Notes: a model not told the origin generated them from the letters alone. DNA of 64,000 nt from Parcubacteria group bacterium Gr01-1014_31 (GCA_007376135.1 VMFR01000004.1:21745-85744), one strand, 5' to 3'; shown: positions 49,266 to 60,384, counted from the stretch's first letter. Made by a program: numbers and translations.

Positions 49266-51823
49266 GACGTCACAAAATTTATCAGCCGGTCGGGCACGAA
49301 TACCACTCGCACCGCGGCCGCTGGCGCCAGATGGCGCTGAATATTGGGCAGTTGCCGCGCCTGGACGACGGCTTCCGTCTCACCGGTGCCGGCGGGCAGA
49401 ACAAGCCGGTCGCGCACCCGGCCGTTGACCTGCACCACGACGGTGACCGCGGCGGCCTGCGCTTTTGCCGCTTCATACCGCGGCCAGGATTGCGCAAAAA
49501 TACTGCCGCGGTGAGCGCGGTCGCAGCCTTTGTGTCCAAGCGTCTCCCACAATTCCTCCGCGAGATGCGGCGCGAACGGGGAAAGCAGCAGCAGGTATGC
49601 TTCCAATTGGGACAGGCTGGCGCGCTGCGCCTGCTGGCGGGCAGCCGACAGCGCGTTCCGCGCGATCATCAGCGCAGCTACCGCGGTATTGAACCGCATG
49701 GCTTCAATGTCCTCGCTGATCTTGAGTACCGCCGTCTGCAGCGCCTGATCAAGGTCGGGCGCTTCCGGGAGTTTGGCGGCCGACATCCACCAGGCAACGT
49801 ACTCCGCCACGCCGTCCAGGAACCGCTTCACGCCGATGATGCCCTTGGTGTCCCACGGCGACGGCTGGTCGAACGGCCCGATGAACATCTCGTAGACGCG
49901 CAAAACGTCCGCCCCGTACTCCGCGATGACCGCGTCGGGGTTGACGACGTTGCCGCGCGATTTCGACATTTTTTCGCCGCCCTCGCCCAGAATGAGCCCG
50001 TGGGACGTGCGCTTCTTGTACGGCTCGGGACCGCACTCCGGAGGAACGGCGCCGATGTCCCACAGGAATTTATAAATGAAGCGCGAATATAATAAGTGCA
50101 AAGTTGTGTGTTCCATGCCGCCGTTGTACCAATCCACCGGCAGCCAATACCGAAGCTTGGCGGGATCGGCTAACAGCTCGCCGTTCTCCGGGTCGGTATA
50201 CCGCAAGAAATACCAGTTGCTGCCCGCCCAATTCGGCATGACGTCGGTCTCGCGCCGCGCAGGCCCGCCGCACTGTGGACAGGTCGCCGCCACCCACTTG
50301 CCCACGGCCGCCAACGGCGATTCCCCGTTCGCGGTCGGCTCATACCGCTTCACTTTGGGCAACTCCAAGGGGAGCTGGTCTTCGGAAATCGGCACGACCG
50401 TGTGCTCGCGCCCGTCGAGCACCACCATATGGACGCCCGGCGTATTCTCGCCGCTCGCCAGCCGGCGGTTGCGGCACTCATCGGAATGGCAGTAGACCAG
50501 CGGTATCGGCTCTCCCCAGTAGCGCTGCCGGGAGAACACCCAATCGCGCAATTTATAGGTAATGGCCCGCTTGCCCACGCCCCGGTACTCGAGCCACGCG
50601 GTGATCTTGGGAACCGCTTCGGTGACGCTCAACCCGTTGAACTGGGTAGAGTTGATGATCGTTCCTCCCTGCGTGGCGACGTAGGCCGCCGTCAACGGCG
50701 CCCCATTCCCCGCGGGGTTAGCGACCACGGGAACGATCGGCAGCCGGTAGGCGCGGGCAAATTCGAAATCACGCTGATCGTGCGCGGGGACGGCCATGAT
50801 CGCGCCGGTCCCGTAGCTGGACAGCACGTAGTCGGCGACATAAATCGGGATCTCTTTCCCGGTCGCGGGGTTGACGGCAGAAAGCCCATCCAGACAAACG
50901 CCGGTCTTCGACTTAGCCAGGTCCGTGCGCTCCAGGTCCGACTTGCTCCGCGCGGCCTGCACGTAGCGCTGAACCTCGTCCAGATTCTTCAACAGTGCCG
51001 CGTGCTGAGAGATGAGCCCATGCTCGGGGGCGACCACCATAAAGGTGGCGCCGAAAATGGTATCGGGCCGCGTCGTGAAGACCGTCAACGCGCCGGAGGG
51101 CGTGGCGCCATTCACGCGCATCGGGAAGGTGATCTCCGCACCCTCGGAACGACCGATCCAGTTCAACTGCGACTGCCGCACCCGCTCGGGGTAATCCACG
51201 AGCTGCAGGTCATCGATCAGCCGCTGGGCGTAGACGGTGATTCGCAGGAGCCACTGGGCCTTCGTACGCTTCGACACCGGTCCTCCGCACCGCTCGCAAC
51301 GCCCATCCACGACCTCCTCATTGGCCAGCCCGATCGTGCAATGCTCGCACCAGTTGATCGGGATCTCGGCGCGGTAGGCCAGGCCGCGGCGATAGAGCTG
51401 CAAAAAGATCCACTGGGTCCAGCGGTAGTACTCCGGCTCGGTGGTGGCAAACGCGCGCGTCCAATCGAACGACAGCCCAAGCGCTTTGAGCTGCCGCATG
51501 AAATTCTTGATATTGGCGGCCGTCGTGACGGCCGGATGGGTTTTGGTCTTAATCGCATAATTCTCCGCGGGCAGACCGAACGAGTCAAAACCGATGGGGA
51601 AGAGTACGTTGACCCCCTCCATCCGCCGCTTGCGGCAGATGATGTCCATCGCGGTGTACGACCGCGGATGCCCAACGTGCAGGCCTTCGCCGGACGGATA
51701 GGGGAACTCGACCAGGGCGTAAAACTTTGGCCGCGGATCAAAATCAGCGGCTTGGTCAAGTTTCCCGGCAGCCCAACGCTTTTGCCATTTGCGTTCGGTC
51801 TTTTGTGGGTTTACGCGCCGCAT
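49262..51823 (-). CDS. leuS: Leucine--tRNA ligase
   Basis: [13 protein letters not shown] (HIGH), TTRPDT, KMSKS. Confidence 0.97.
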   Translation of the reverse strand: MRRVNPQKTERKWQKRWAAGKLDQAADFDPRPKFYALVEFPYPSGEGLHVGHPRSYTAMDIICRKRRMEGVNVLFPIGFDSFGLPAENYAIKTKTHPAVTTAANIKNFMRQLKALGLSFDWTRAFATTEPEYYRWTQWIFLQLYRRGLAYRAEIPINWCEHCTIGLANEEVVDGRCERCGGPVSKRTKAQWLLRITVYAQRLIDDLQLVDYPERVRQSQLNWIGRSEGAEITFPMRVNGATPSGALTVFTTRPDTIFGATFMVVAPEHGLISQHAALLKNLDEVQRYVQAARSKSDLERTDLAKSKTGVCLDGLSAVNPATGKEIPIYVADYVLSSYGTGAIMAVPAHDQRDFEFARAYRLPIVPVVANPAGNGAPLTAAYVATQGGTIINSTQFNGLSVTEAVPKITAWLEYRGVGKRAITYKLRDWVFSRQRYWGEPIPLVYCHSDECRNRRLASGENTPGVHMVVLDGREHTVVPISEDQLPLELPKVKRYEPTANGESPLAAVGKWVAATCPQCGGPARRETDVMPNWAGSNWYFLRYTDPENGELLADPAKLRYWLPVDWYNGGMEHTTLHLLYSRFIYKFLWDIGAVPPECGPEPYKKRTSHGLILGEGGEKMSKSRGNVVNPDAVIAEYGADVLRVYEMFIGPFDQPSPWDTKGIIGVKRFLDGVAEYVAWWMSAAKLPEAPDLDQALQTAVLKISEDIEAMRFNTAVAALMIARNALSAARQQAQRASLSQLEAYLLLLSPFAPHLAEELWETLGHKGCDRAHRGSIFAQSWPRYEAAKAQAAAVTVVVQVNGRVRDRLVLPAGTGETEAVVQARQLPNIQRHLAPAAAVRVVFVPDRLINFVTS

Positions 51824-51855
51824 AAACTCATTGTACCGCCCCCACTGCTCCCCGC

Positions 51856-54765
51856 CTAGACCGCCGATGCGCGGGCGGTCATCAATTCCTTGAGGTACTG
51901 GCCCGTGAAGCTGCGCTTGACGGCGGCAACCTGCCGCGGCGTTCCGGCCGCAACGACCTCACCGCCCTTATCGCCGCCCTCCGGCCCCAGGTCGATGACC
52001 CAGTCGGCGCACTTGATGACGTCCAAATTGTGCTCGATGACCAGCACCGTATTGCCCTTGTCCACCAATTGGTTGAGGATGGCGAGCAGCCGCTTGATGT
52101 CGTCGAAATGCAGACCGGTGGTCGGCTCATCCAGGATGTAGAGCGTGCGGCCGGTGGCGCGGCGCGATAATTCCGTCGCCAGTTTGACGCGCTGCGCCTC
52201 GCCGCCCGACAGCGTCGTTGCCGGCTGCCCCAGCTTCAGGTAACCCAGGCCGACGTCGCGCAGCGTCTGCAATTTCTCCCGGATGATGGGGTGGCGGTGG
52301 AAGAATTCATAAGCCTCGTCGACGGACAGATCCAGCACGTCGGCGATATTTTTTCCGTTGCGGTGGATCTCCAGCACTTCCGGCTTGTAGCGCCGCCCGT
52401 GGCAGTACTCGCAAGGCAAGAACACGTCCGGCAAAAACTGCATCTCGATCTGCACCGCCCCGTCGCCGGCGCAGTGCTCACAGCGCCCTCCGCGGGCGTT
52501 GAAACTGAACTTGCCCACATCGTAACCGCGGATCTTTGCCTCCGGCGTTTCGGCGTAGAGGTCGCGGATGTAGGTGAACAGCCCAGTGTACGTTGCGGGG
52601 TTACTGCGCGGGGTACGGCCGATCGGCGACTGGTCAATGGAAATAACCTTGTCCACATGCTCCAGACCCTCGATCTTTTTGTGCGCGCCCGGCCGCTCCT
52701 TGGCGCGGTAGAAATGCTGGGCCAGCGCTCGCACCAAGATGTCCAACATCAACGTGGATTTGCCGGAACCCGATACCCCAGTAACGCACGTCAGGGTCGC
52801 CAACGGTATAGCGACGGTCACCTGCTTGAGATTGAATTCCGACGCCTCCACCACGGTCAGCTGTTTGCCGCTGCCGGGCCGGACTTTCGCCGGGGCCGGG
52901 ATCTCTTCGCGTCCGGACAGGTAGCGGCCGGTCAGCGATTGTTTGGCGGCCATGATCTGCTTGAGCGTACCCTGGGCAACCACCAATCCGCCGTATTCGC
53001 CCGCGCCCGGACCGATGTCCACGATCTGGTCGGCCGCGGCCATCATCATCGGGTCGTGTTCGACCACGATCACCGTATTGCCCAGATCGCGCAATTGCTT
53101 CAGGGTGGCAATCAATTTGGCGTTATCCTTCTGGTGCAGCCCGACGGACGGCTCATCCAGGATGTAGACGACCCCCGACAGCTGCAATGACAATTGCGTC
53201 GCCAGCCGGATGCGCTGCGCCTCCCCGCCGGAGAGCGAAACCGCCGACCGGTCCAGCGTCAGGTAGCTTAATCCCACGTCGCGCAGGTTATACAAACGCG
53301 TCTGGATCTCTTTCAGGAGCAGCGGGACCAGCTTCATCTCCCGCGCCGGGAGCGGGGTAACCCCGTTGCGCCGGCCGTTGGACTTGCCGTTCCCGCCCGA
53401 AAGCGCGGCAACGTAGGCGGCCACGGCGTCCACCGAACCGGCGGCGACCTCGGCGATCGTTTTGCCGCCGACGGTCACCCCCAGCACCTCCGGCCGCAGC
53501 CGGCAGCCCTTGCAGGCCGGGCACGTGAACACGCGCATGTACTGTCCGATCTCCTTGCGCAGATAATCCGACGACGTTTCGGCGTACTTCTGCTCCAGGA
53601 GCGCCATCACGCCGGGAAATTTTTTCTCCGTGCCGTCGGAGATCGGGTAGGATTGGTCGCCGCTGCCCGACAGCAGCACCGCCCGGGCCTTGGGCGTCAG
53701 TTCGCCGACGGGGGTGTCCATCGTGAACCCGTGCTGCTTGGCCACCAGCTCCATCAGTTCCCAGTACCAGTTCTGATTGAAAAAGTTGCGCGCCCACGGC
53801 TTGATCGCGCCCTGGGCCAGGGTCAGACGCGGATTGGGCATGACCAGCTCCGGGTCGACTTCCAGCCGGGTACCCAGGCCGAGGCACTTGGGGCAGGCGC
53901 CGGCCGGACTGTTGAACGAGAACGTCCGCGGCTCGATCGGCGGCAGGGTTACGCCGCAATCGGGGCAATGGTAGAAACGGCAATACACCAGGTCCTCCCC
54001 GACGCGACCCTTCCCCGCGATGATCGTCATGACGGTCATCCGCCCGTTGCCCAAATCCATTGCCGCGCGAATACTGGAATCCAGCGTTTCTCGCGGCCAC
54101 GCCTTCCGTTTGCCGCTCGGGGGGACGGTCAGGGACGCGACGACCGCTTCCAGCCGCTCCGCGCCGCTCCCCTTGGGACGCGCCGCGGCGGCGCTGATGG
54201 TCAGCAGCTCGCTGTTGAAACGCACCTGCTGGTAGCCCGCCTTGGCGGCTTCGGCCAGCACCCGGCTGCGGTCGGCCGCCGACGTCACCGGCAGGGGAGA
54301 CAGCAGCACGAACGTCTGCTCGCGGTCGGCAGCGGCGGAAATCAGGTCATCGGCGATCTGCGCCGCGGAATGCTGCTGGGTCACTTTGCCGCACTGCGGG
54401 CAATGCACCACCCCCACGCGCGCGTACAGCAGCCGCAGGTAATCGTAGATCTCGGTCATGGTGCCGACCGTGGAGCGGGGGTTGGCGGATGCCGTGCGCT
54501 GGTCGATGGCAATGGCTGGCGACAGGCCCTCAATGCGGTCCACGTCTGGCTTATCCATCACGCCCAAAAACTGCCGCGCGTACGAGGACAGCGATTCCAC
54601 GTACCGGCGCTGCCCTTCGGCGTAAAGCGTGTCGAACGCCAGGCTCGACTTCCCGGAACCCGAGATGCCGGTGAACACCACCAGCTGGTTCTTCGGGATA
54701 TCCAGGTCGATGTTTTTCAAATTATGAACGCGAGCCCCACGGATGCTGATGAAAGCGCTCGGCAT
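51856..54765 (-). CDS. uvrA: Excinuclease ABC subunit A
   Basis: GISGSGKSS, GVSGSGKST, two LSGGEAQR, zinc fingers. Confidence 0.97.
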   Translation of the reverse strand: MPSAFISIRGARVHNLKNIDLDIPKNQLVVFTGISGSGKSSLAFDTLYAEGQRRYVESLSSYARQFLGVMDKPDVDRIEGLSPAIAIDQRTASANPRSTVGTMTEIYDYLRLLYARVGVVHCPQCGKVTQQHSAAQIADDLISAAADREQTFVLLSPLPVTSAADRSRVLAEAAKAGYQQVRFNSELLTISAAAARPKGSGAERLEAVVASLTVPPSGKRKAWPRETLDSSIRAAMDLGNGRMTVMTIIAGKGRVGEDLVYCRFYHCPDCGVTLPPIEPRTFSFNSPAGACPKCLGLGTRLEVDPELVMPNPRLTLAQGAIKPWARNFFNQNWYWELMELVAKQHGFTMDTPVGELTPKARAVLLSGSGDQSYPISDGTEKKFPGVMALLEQKYAETSSDYLRKEIGQYMRVFTCPACKGCRLRPEVLGVTVGGKTIAEVAAGSVDAVAAYVAALSGGNGKSNGRRNGVTPLPAREMKLVPLLLKEIQTRLYNLRDVGLSYLTLDRSAVSLSGGEAQRIRLATQLSLQLSGVVYILDEPSVGLHQKDNAKLIATLKQLRDLGNTVIVVEHDPMMMAAADQIVDIGPGAGEYGGLVVAQGTLKQIMAAKQSLTGRYLSGREEIPAPAKVRPGSGKQLTVVEASEFNLKQVTVAIPLATLTCVTGVSGSGKSTLMLDILVRALAQHFYRAKERPGAHKKIEGLEHVDKVISIDQSPIGRTPRSNPATYTGLFTYIRDLYAETPEAKIRGYDVGKFSFNARGGRCEHCAGDGAVQIEMQFLPDVFLPCEYCHGRRYKPEVLEIHRNGKNIADVLDLSVDEAYEFFHRHPIIREKLQTLRDVGLGYLKLGQPATTLSGGEAQRVKLATELSRRATGRTLYILDEPTTGLHFDDIKRLLAILNQLVDKGNTVLVIEHNLDVIKCADWVIDLGPEGGDKGGEVVAAGTPRQVAAVKRSFTGQYLKELMTARASAV

Positions 54766-54798
54766 AGGATGTGACAAAATCCCTCGTTAAAAGGTTGC

Positions 54799-54956
54799 TT
54801 GCCCCGCACCAATTTTACCGTTCTCGGCAGCCCTGGTAGTACTGGACGAAAACCGCTGGTCAACGCTTGCAACCCGCGGGTGCAAAGCAGGCACCCCCCT
54901 CTGTTGGCGAAGCGGGTTGCCGTTGGAGACCGAGGTAAAATTGGTGCTGGGGTGGA
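54799..54956. repeat. CCCCRCACC-ended inverted-repeat element upstream of uvrA
   Basis: TTGCCCCGCACCAATTTTACC ... GGTAAAATTGGTGCTGGGGTGGA; inner GCAACCCGC/GCGGGTTGC. Confidence 0.7.
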
Positions 54957-55093
54957 CGCGCGCTCCGCGGATGCTGATGGCTGGCTGTGGCATAGCGTCG
55001 GGTAAAGAGGACGATCAACCGGGATAGATAGGTGGTACAAATGGACATTCTAGACGAAAAACGCCGTCCCGTCAACACTTGCGCCGCAGGACT

Positions 55094-55125
55094 AAAAAAA
55101 ACGGCGGGAGGAGCGCTCCCGCCGC
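55094..55125 (-). terminator. Intrinsic terminator
   Basis: CGGCGGGAG-gagcg-CTCCCGCCG with an A-run on +. Confidence 0.75.
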
Positions 55126-55146
55126 TGATGAAAATCACGTTACCGG

Positions 55147-55764
55147 CTACTTTTTGGGCTTGGGCCCGGGTTTCCAGGTCTTCCCGTCGCCGTCGGGGTC
55201 TTTTGTATCGCAACGGTACTGCACGGAAATATCGCAACTGGAATTGTAGGGGTTAGAGGCCAAAAGTTGCTCGCCGCCCTCGTAGATCAGCCCGCCGGGG
55301 AACAGTACGACGTCGAACAATGCGATCTCCCACCACTCGGTCATCTCCCATGCGGAGCAATCGCGAACAATGGTCGCCGGCGCCTTCAGATACAGGCTGC
55401 AACCGCTCGCGCACGCGCCGATATCGTCAAGCGCCTCGCGTAACGCGTCGGGACAGGCCCGATTATCGGATGAAGCCGGGTCGGGACAGTCGGGCGCGGC
55501 CTTTTCCGCGTCGCCGTTGGCCGTGCCGCTCCGCACGCAGCTGGGGGTAGGCGTTGGCGATGTGGCAGACGATGTGTTGGTCCCGCCCAAAGCGATTCGC
55601 ACCTGGCCGACCTGGCTGCGGACCGACACCATGCCCAGCGCCGCGGCGAACATCCCGATGGGCACGGCCATAGCTGCCGCCACCACGACCTGCGTCACGA
55701 TCAGCGCAGCCGACGTTGCCGCCCGGGTTTCCGTTCTCACCGCCAATCTCTTCCCTCCCGCCAT
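55147..55764 (-). CDS. Membrane-anchored Cys-rich protein; paralog of 45617..46447
   Basis: AVRTETRAATSAALIVTQVVVAAAMAVPIGMFAAALG..GQVRIA; start at ATG 55764. Confidence 0.7.
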   Translation of the reverse strand: MAGGKRLAVRTETRAATSAALIVTQVVVAAAMAVPIGMFAAALGMVSVRSQVGQVRIALGGTNTSSATSPTPTPSCVRSGTANGDAEKAAPDCPDPASSDNRACPDALREALDDIGACASGCSLYLKAPATIVRDCSAWEMTEWWEIALFDVVLFPGGLIYEGGEQLLASNPYNSSCDISVQYRCDTKDPDGDGKTWKPGPKPKK

Positions 55765-56055
55765 AGAAGATTTGCTTAAGAATTGATAGACAAAGTATAC
55801 CACCGCGGCCGCGCGCGGATGTGGATAAAACGCCTACCGACCATTAAATGAACTGTATCCGTTGCGTCGCAGGAGTCCGATAACCTCCGCAATCAGATTC
55901 GCCACTCGGCGGTGTACTAAACGACCTCGCAACCTATCAAGGTTGACAAGACGAATGGGTTACCACCGGCTTTTTAATCGTAGCACACAATTCTCGGGCG
56001 GAAAACGTAGGTTATGCAGCCTTGGGCCGCACAACTCATCATCCGGCATGCTCTC

Positions 56056-57075
56056 TCACTGTACCCCGGTGACGATACCGGCATCACAAGGCCACACCGA
56101 GGGCTGCATTCTCTGAGCCTCCACACAGGTACCGATATAGGTATTCCAACGAAGCCCGTACTGGGATATCGATCGCGGATCGTACCATGAATAAAAATAG
56201 CTCTCGCAACTTTCCTGCTCGTTCCCAGTTGGTATTCGGAAACATTTTTGCCGCCCATAGAAAGAAGCGACCAGATCCGAAGCGCCGAACACATCCGTCT
56301 TGTCATTGGTTATTCCACAGCACGACTGGTTGTAAGGACCCAGCGAAATAACGCTCTGTGGGGTAGAATTGGCACCCTGGCAGGACCCATAATAATGCAT
56401 CTGGCTCATCGGTTTATTCCACTTCATATGGGTGGCCTGGCTCAGGAGAAATGGACTTGTACAACTGAAAGAATGCTGGGCATTGAACACACTAGCACCG
56501 TAGGTTCCCGCACCTGCCAACTGGCCGCAGACCATATTTTCGCAATTCTCAGGGGCACACGCCCCAATAACCCCTTGATCGGCAAACCCGGTAAAGCAAC
56601 AGCAGCCCGCATCGGCCAGCCCGGTCGGCCGCTTGGGCTGGATGGGTTGGAACACCACCAGCGCTGGGTTCACCGTTTGTAAAATAACGAACGAGGTCAT
56701 CGCCACCACCAGCCCGGTCAGCGCCGAGGTGATGTAGCTTTTGGCGTTCTCCACCCGCGAGGGGTTCCCGCCGGCGATGACCCATAAAAATCCGCCCACC
56801 ATCATCATGAAAATCGTCAAAAAAATGGACAGCCAGATGCCAAACCGGTAAATGGCCACCACGTAGTTACCCAGCAGGTTGGCGTTCACCACCTTATTGC
56901 CCTGGATCGCTCGGGCCTGCTCTGAACTGCCGGGAATTTGGACCTGGGCGTTGTAATTCAGCACCGGCGCGGATGCTTGCTGCCCCAGCGCGATGGCAGG
57001 CACCACGACCGCGACCAGCACCGCGACCAGCAGCACGGCGCGGATAACGACGGATGTTCTTTCTTTGGACAACAT
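56056..57075 (-). CDS. TrbC/VirB2-like pilin-domain protein with Cys-rich C-terminal extension
   Basis: MMMVGGFLWVIAGGNPSRVENAKSYITSALTGLVV..ILQTVNP pilin pattern. Confidence 0.75.
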   Translation of the reverse strand: MLSKERTSVVIRAVLLVAVLVAVVVPAIALGQQASAPVLNYNAQVQIPGSSEQARAIQGNKVVNANLLGNYVVAIYRFGIWLSIFLTIFMMMVGGFLWVIAGGNPSRVENAKSYITSALTGLVVAMTSFVILQTVNPALVVFQPIQPKRPTGLADAGCCCFTGFADQGVIGACAPENCENMVCGQLAGAGTYGASVFNAQHSFSCTSPFLLSQATHMKWNKPMSQMHYYGSCQGANSTPQSVISLGPYNQSCCGITNDKTDVFGASDLVASFYGRQKCFRIPTGNEQESCESYFYSWYDPRSISQYGLRWNTYIGTCVEAQRMQPSVWPCDAGIVTGVQ

Positions 57076-57078
57076 AGG

Positions 57079-57798
57079 TTATGGCACCAGCGCGGCGGTG
57101 ATCGCCTGCTCAAGCTGCACCCTGGTCGGCAGCCCCGAAATCATATTTCCATTAATGAAATACGTCGGCGTCCCCTCCACCCCGGCCCGCACCCCGGCCC
57201 GCCAATCCTGCTCCACCGCCGTATAGGACGCGGGGTCAGCAAGGCACTGGGAGAAACGGGCTTCGTCAAGCTGCAGCTGCCGCGCATACTGGGGAAGATC
57301 AGCGGCGCGCAATCGCGCTTGGTTGGCAAAGAGGAGCTGGCGCATCTCCATGAATTTCCCCTGCAAATAGGCGCATTCCGCCGCGCGCGCGGCCGGAATG
57401 GCGTTGGGATGGGCGTCAGGGATTGGAAAATGTCGGAACACAAATCGAACTTTGCCTGCCCACGCCGGGTCGGCGGCTACCTGATCAACAATGGGGGCTG
57501 CCTCGCGGCAAAACGGGCATTCAAAATCGTAGAACTCGACGATCGTCACCGGTGCGTTCGCCGAACCCACGGATGGCCGGCCCTTCCCCTCGATCGGGTC
57601 GGCCCCGCGCGCCGCAGCCTCGGGCCGCGGCACACTCTCCTCACGAATTTGGCGCACGACCGCGAGCGTGAACGCTATCAGTATTGCCCCGGCAATGATT
57701 GCCGCCGCGACCCCGAACCGTTTCACCCAACGCCGCGGACGTCGGGGTGAAGACGTGGGGAAATCAGGGTAAGAAAAGGCCGAGTGGTCCATAGCCAT
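57079..57798 (-). CDS. dsbA: DsbA-family thiol:disulfide oxidoreductase
   Basis: TM, EFYDFECPFC, FRHFP, GTPTYFING. Confidence 0.85.
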   Translation of the reverse strand: MAMDHSAFSYPDFPTSSPRRPRRWVKRFGVAAAIIAGAILIAFTLAVVRQIREESVPRPEAAARGADPIEGKGRPSVGSANAPVTIVEFYDFECPFCREAAPIVDQVAADPAWAGKVRFVFRHFPIPDAHPNAIPAARAAECAYLQGKFMEMRQLLFANQARLRAADLPQYARQLQLDEARFSQCLADPASYTAVEQDWRAGVRAGVEGTPTYFINGNMISGLPTRVQLEQAITAALVP

Positions 57799-58020
57799 CT
57801 GTGCGCCGTTCGCATCTTTACTATACCACAGGCAAGTACCAGGCGAAAAACCAGAGCCACTAAAATTCCTCGGGTTGCCTCCCGTATTGACATTGGCCAC
57901 GTTCTCTGGTATGGTTGCAATATTCCGCGCCACCGCCAGCAACGGCGGATAACGTGCGCACCCTCTGGACGATAGCGGACCGGACTGCTACCATCCTGGT
58001 ACCGCAAGTGCATTTTTTGT

Positions 58021-58338
58021 ATGAGCATTATTCCTATCATTCAATTTACAGCGGCGATCCTGCTGGTTGCCGCGATTCTCCTGCAGAGCCGCGGCACGGG
58101 TTTGGGCACGGCATTCGGCGGTGAAGGGAATATCTACCGCACCAAACGGGGATTGGAAAAATCCCTCTTTAAGGCGACCGTAGCGCTGGCCGTAGTGTTC
58201 CTGGGTGCGGCGCTTGCCAATACGCTGGCGAAACGCGACGGCGTCTCACTGCCCAACGTTGTCCCTGACGTGATGGACGTTGCCGCGTCACCGACCCCGA
58301 CCACGGCACCCGACCCAAGCCCTACCCCGACCCCATAA
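58021..58338 (+). CDS. secG: Preprotein translocase subunit SecG
   Basis: ILLQSRGTGLGTAFGG..TKRGLEKSL. Confidence 0.9.
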   Translation: MSIIPIIQFTAAILLVAAILLQSRGTGLGTAFGGEGNIYRTKRGLEKSLFKATVALAVVFLGAALANTLAKRDGVSLPNVVPDVMDVAASPTPTTAPDPSPTPTP

Positions 58339-58386
58339 ACCAAACTGGTACGGCCGTACATTGCCGGCCGCGCCGCCCCACCGTTC

Positions 58387-60354
58387 GTGCGTACCCTGAT
58401 CGCGTCGCTCCGCTGGCGGGTAAAAACCGCCTGGCACCGACTGACTGCCGCGCGGCGAAATCCGCCGGGGGTGGACGCTGCTGCCGCGCCTTCCGGCGTC
58501 GATTTGGACCAACAATTGGTGACCAAACTGTCGCGGCCGCAACGATTGACCCTAAGCCATCTTCGCCACCTGCCGCGGCTGCTCAACTCCCGGGAACGCC
58601 GTCAGGTCAACGCCTTGCTGATCCTCGCCCTCATCAGCTTGGCCTACTTGGGCTACCGCTGGTACGGACGCAACGTGGTCCAAATCCCGCTCCACCGGGG
58701 CAGTTATACGGAGGCGTTGGTGGGCGCACCGCAGTACCTTAACCCGCTGCTCCTCTCCACCAACGACGTCGACGCGGACATCGCGAGCCTATTGTTTGCC
58801 GGCTTGTTCCGCTACGACCGCCGCCTCACCCCGGTACCCGACCTAGCGGAAAGTTATACGACCAGCGAAGACGGCACTCGCTACGTCGTCAAACTCAAAC
58901 CCAACCTCCGCTGGCATGACGGCAACCCCGTCACCGCCGACGATGTCGTGTTCACCTTCACGAGCGCGCAGCTCCCCGAATTCAATAGCGCCCTGCGCCA
59001 CAGCCTGAGCGGCGTGAAGGTGAGCACAACCGGCGAACGCGAGGTCACATTCCAACTGCCGGAACGGCATGAACGATTCCTCGATCTGCTGACGACCGGG
59101 CTTTTGCCCGAGCACCTCTGGGGAGAGATCCCGCCGATCCACGCCACCCTCAACGAGTACAATCTGAACAATCCGATCGGCGCGGGCGCCTGGCGGTTCA
59201 AATCACTGACCAAGGACCGCCACGGCAACATCAAATCATACACCCTGGTGCCGTTCATCGATGCGGCGGGATCCAAACCCTACCTGCAGGAGATCACGTT
59301 CAAATTTTACGCCGACTACACCGACGCAGTGGCCGCGTTGAATAACCGTTCCGTGGATGGCGTCGGGTTCCTCCCCGTGAAAGAGGAAGGCGCGATCACC
59401 GATCCGCAGGTGAAGCGCTACCCCTTGGCCCTGCCGCAGTATACGGCGATCTTTTTCAACCCGAACGAGCAACCCGCGCTGAAGGAAAAGAATATTCGCC
59501 TGGCGCTCGCGCATGCGGTCGACCGGGCCAAGATCCTCAGCGAGGCGTTGAACCTGCGCGGCGAACCGGCCATTGGACCGCTCCTGCCGACCGCCCCGGG
59601 GTTCGACCCGGACCTCAAAGCGCCGGCCTACGACCAGGCCGCGGCGGCGCAGCTCTTGGATGACGCGGGATGGACGCGCCTGGAAAGTTCGGCCTACCGC
59701 GAACTGCTCGCGGCGACCAGCACCGCGACCACCACCCCCGCCACGGCGCCATCGGATACCACCACGACCGCGGCGGCGCCCGAAACCGCGAAAGAAGCAA
59801 CCGACCCCCAGCCCTATTACCGCCGTAACAAGGCCGGGACCATCCTGGAACTTGCGCTCACGACCGTCGACCGTCCCGAGAACGTTTCGGTGAGCGAGCT
59901 GGTTGCCAACGCCTGGCGCGCCATTGGCGTCAAGGTAGTGGTCAACCTCGTGCCGCCGCGACTGATCGCCCGCGAGGTCCTCAAACCGCGCGCCTACCAG
60001 GCGTTACTGTACGGCGAGGCGATCGGCGCCGACCCCGATCCGTACCCGTTCTGGCACTCGTCGCAAGCGGCCGACCCGGGGCTGAATCTCGCGCTGTTTG
60101 CCAACCGCCAGGCCGACAAGCTGCTGGAGGAAGCGCGGGCGGCCAGCGACAGCGAGGGTCGGGCGCTGAAATACCGAGAATTCGCCAATCTCATTGCCGC
60201 GGAAACGCCAGCCGTCTTCCTCTACATCCCGAATGCCACTTACGCGCTCCACGGAAAAATCAAAGGATTCACCATCAAACAAATTCTGCTGCCGCAGGAC
60301 CGGTTTCTCAACCTCCCCGAATGGTATGTAGCGACCGGCCGGCGCCTTCGCTAG
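58387..60354 (+). CDS. Peptide ABC transporter substrate-binding protein (family 5)
   Basis: LNPLL, PDLAES, WHDGNPVTADDVVFT, PIGAG, DPYPFWHSSQ. Confidence 0.88.
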   Translation: MRTLIASLRWRVKTAWHRLTAARRNPPGVDAAAAPSGVDLDQQLVTKLSRPQRLTLSHLRHLPRLLNSRERRQVNALLILALISLAYLGYRWYGRNVVQIPLHRGSYTEALVGAPQYLNPLLLSTNDVDADIASLLFAGLFRYDRRLTPVPDLAESYTTSEDGTRYVVKLKPNLRWHDGNPVTADDVVFTFTSAQLPEFNSALRHSLSGVKVSTTGEREVTFQLPERHERFLDLLTTGLLPEHLWGEIPPIHATLNEYNLNNPIGAGAWRFKSLTKDRHGNIKSYTLVPFIDAAGSKPYLQEITFKFYADYTDAVAALNNRSVDGVGFLPVKEEGAITDPQVKRYPLALPQYTAIFFNPNEQPALKEKNIRLALAHAVDRAKILSEALNLRGEPAIGPLLPTAPGFDPDLKAPAYDQAAAAQLLDDAGWTRLESSAYRELLAATSTATTTPATAPSDTTTTAAAPETAKEATDPQPYYRRNKAGTILELALTTVDRPENVSVSELVANAWRAIGVKVVVNLVPPRLIAREVLKPRAYQALLYGEAIGADPDPYPFWHSSQAADPGLNLALFANRQADKLLEEARAASDSEGRALKYREFANLIAAETPAVFLYIPNATYALHGKIKGFTIKQILLPQDRFLNLPEWYVATGRRLR

Positions 60355-60384
60355 CTGCGGAGGCGGAGGGACAACACGATGACG

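Noticed and set aside
45617-55764. Diversity-generating retroelement TR/VR pair
   Set aside because: Similarity is protein-level paralogy, not adenine-specific mismatch, and no reverse transcriptase is in the window.
46527-55828. Replication origin suggested by DnaA boxes
   Set aside because: Only isolated single boxes; no cluster, AT-rich unwinding element or dnaA nearby.
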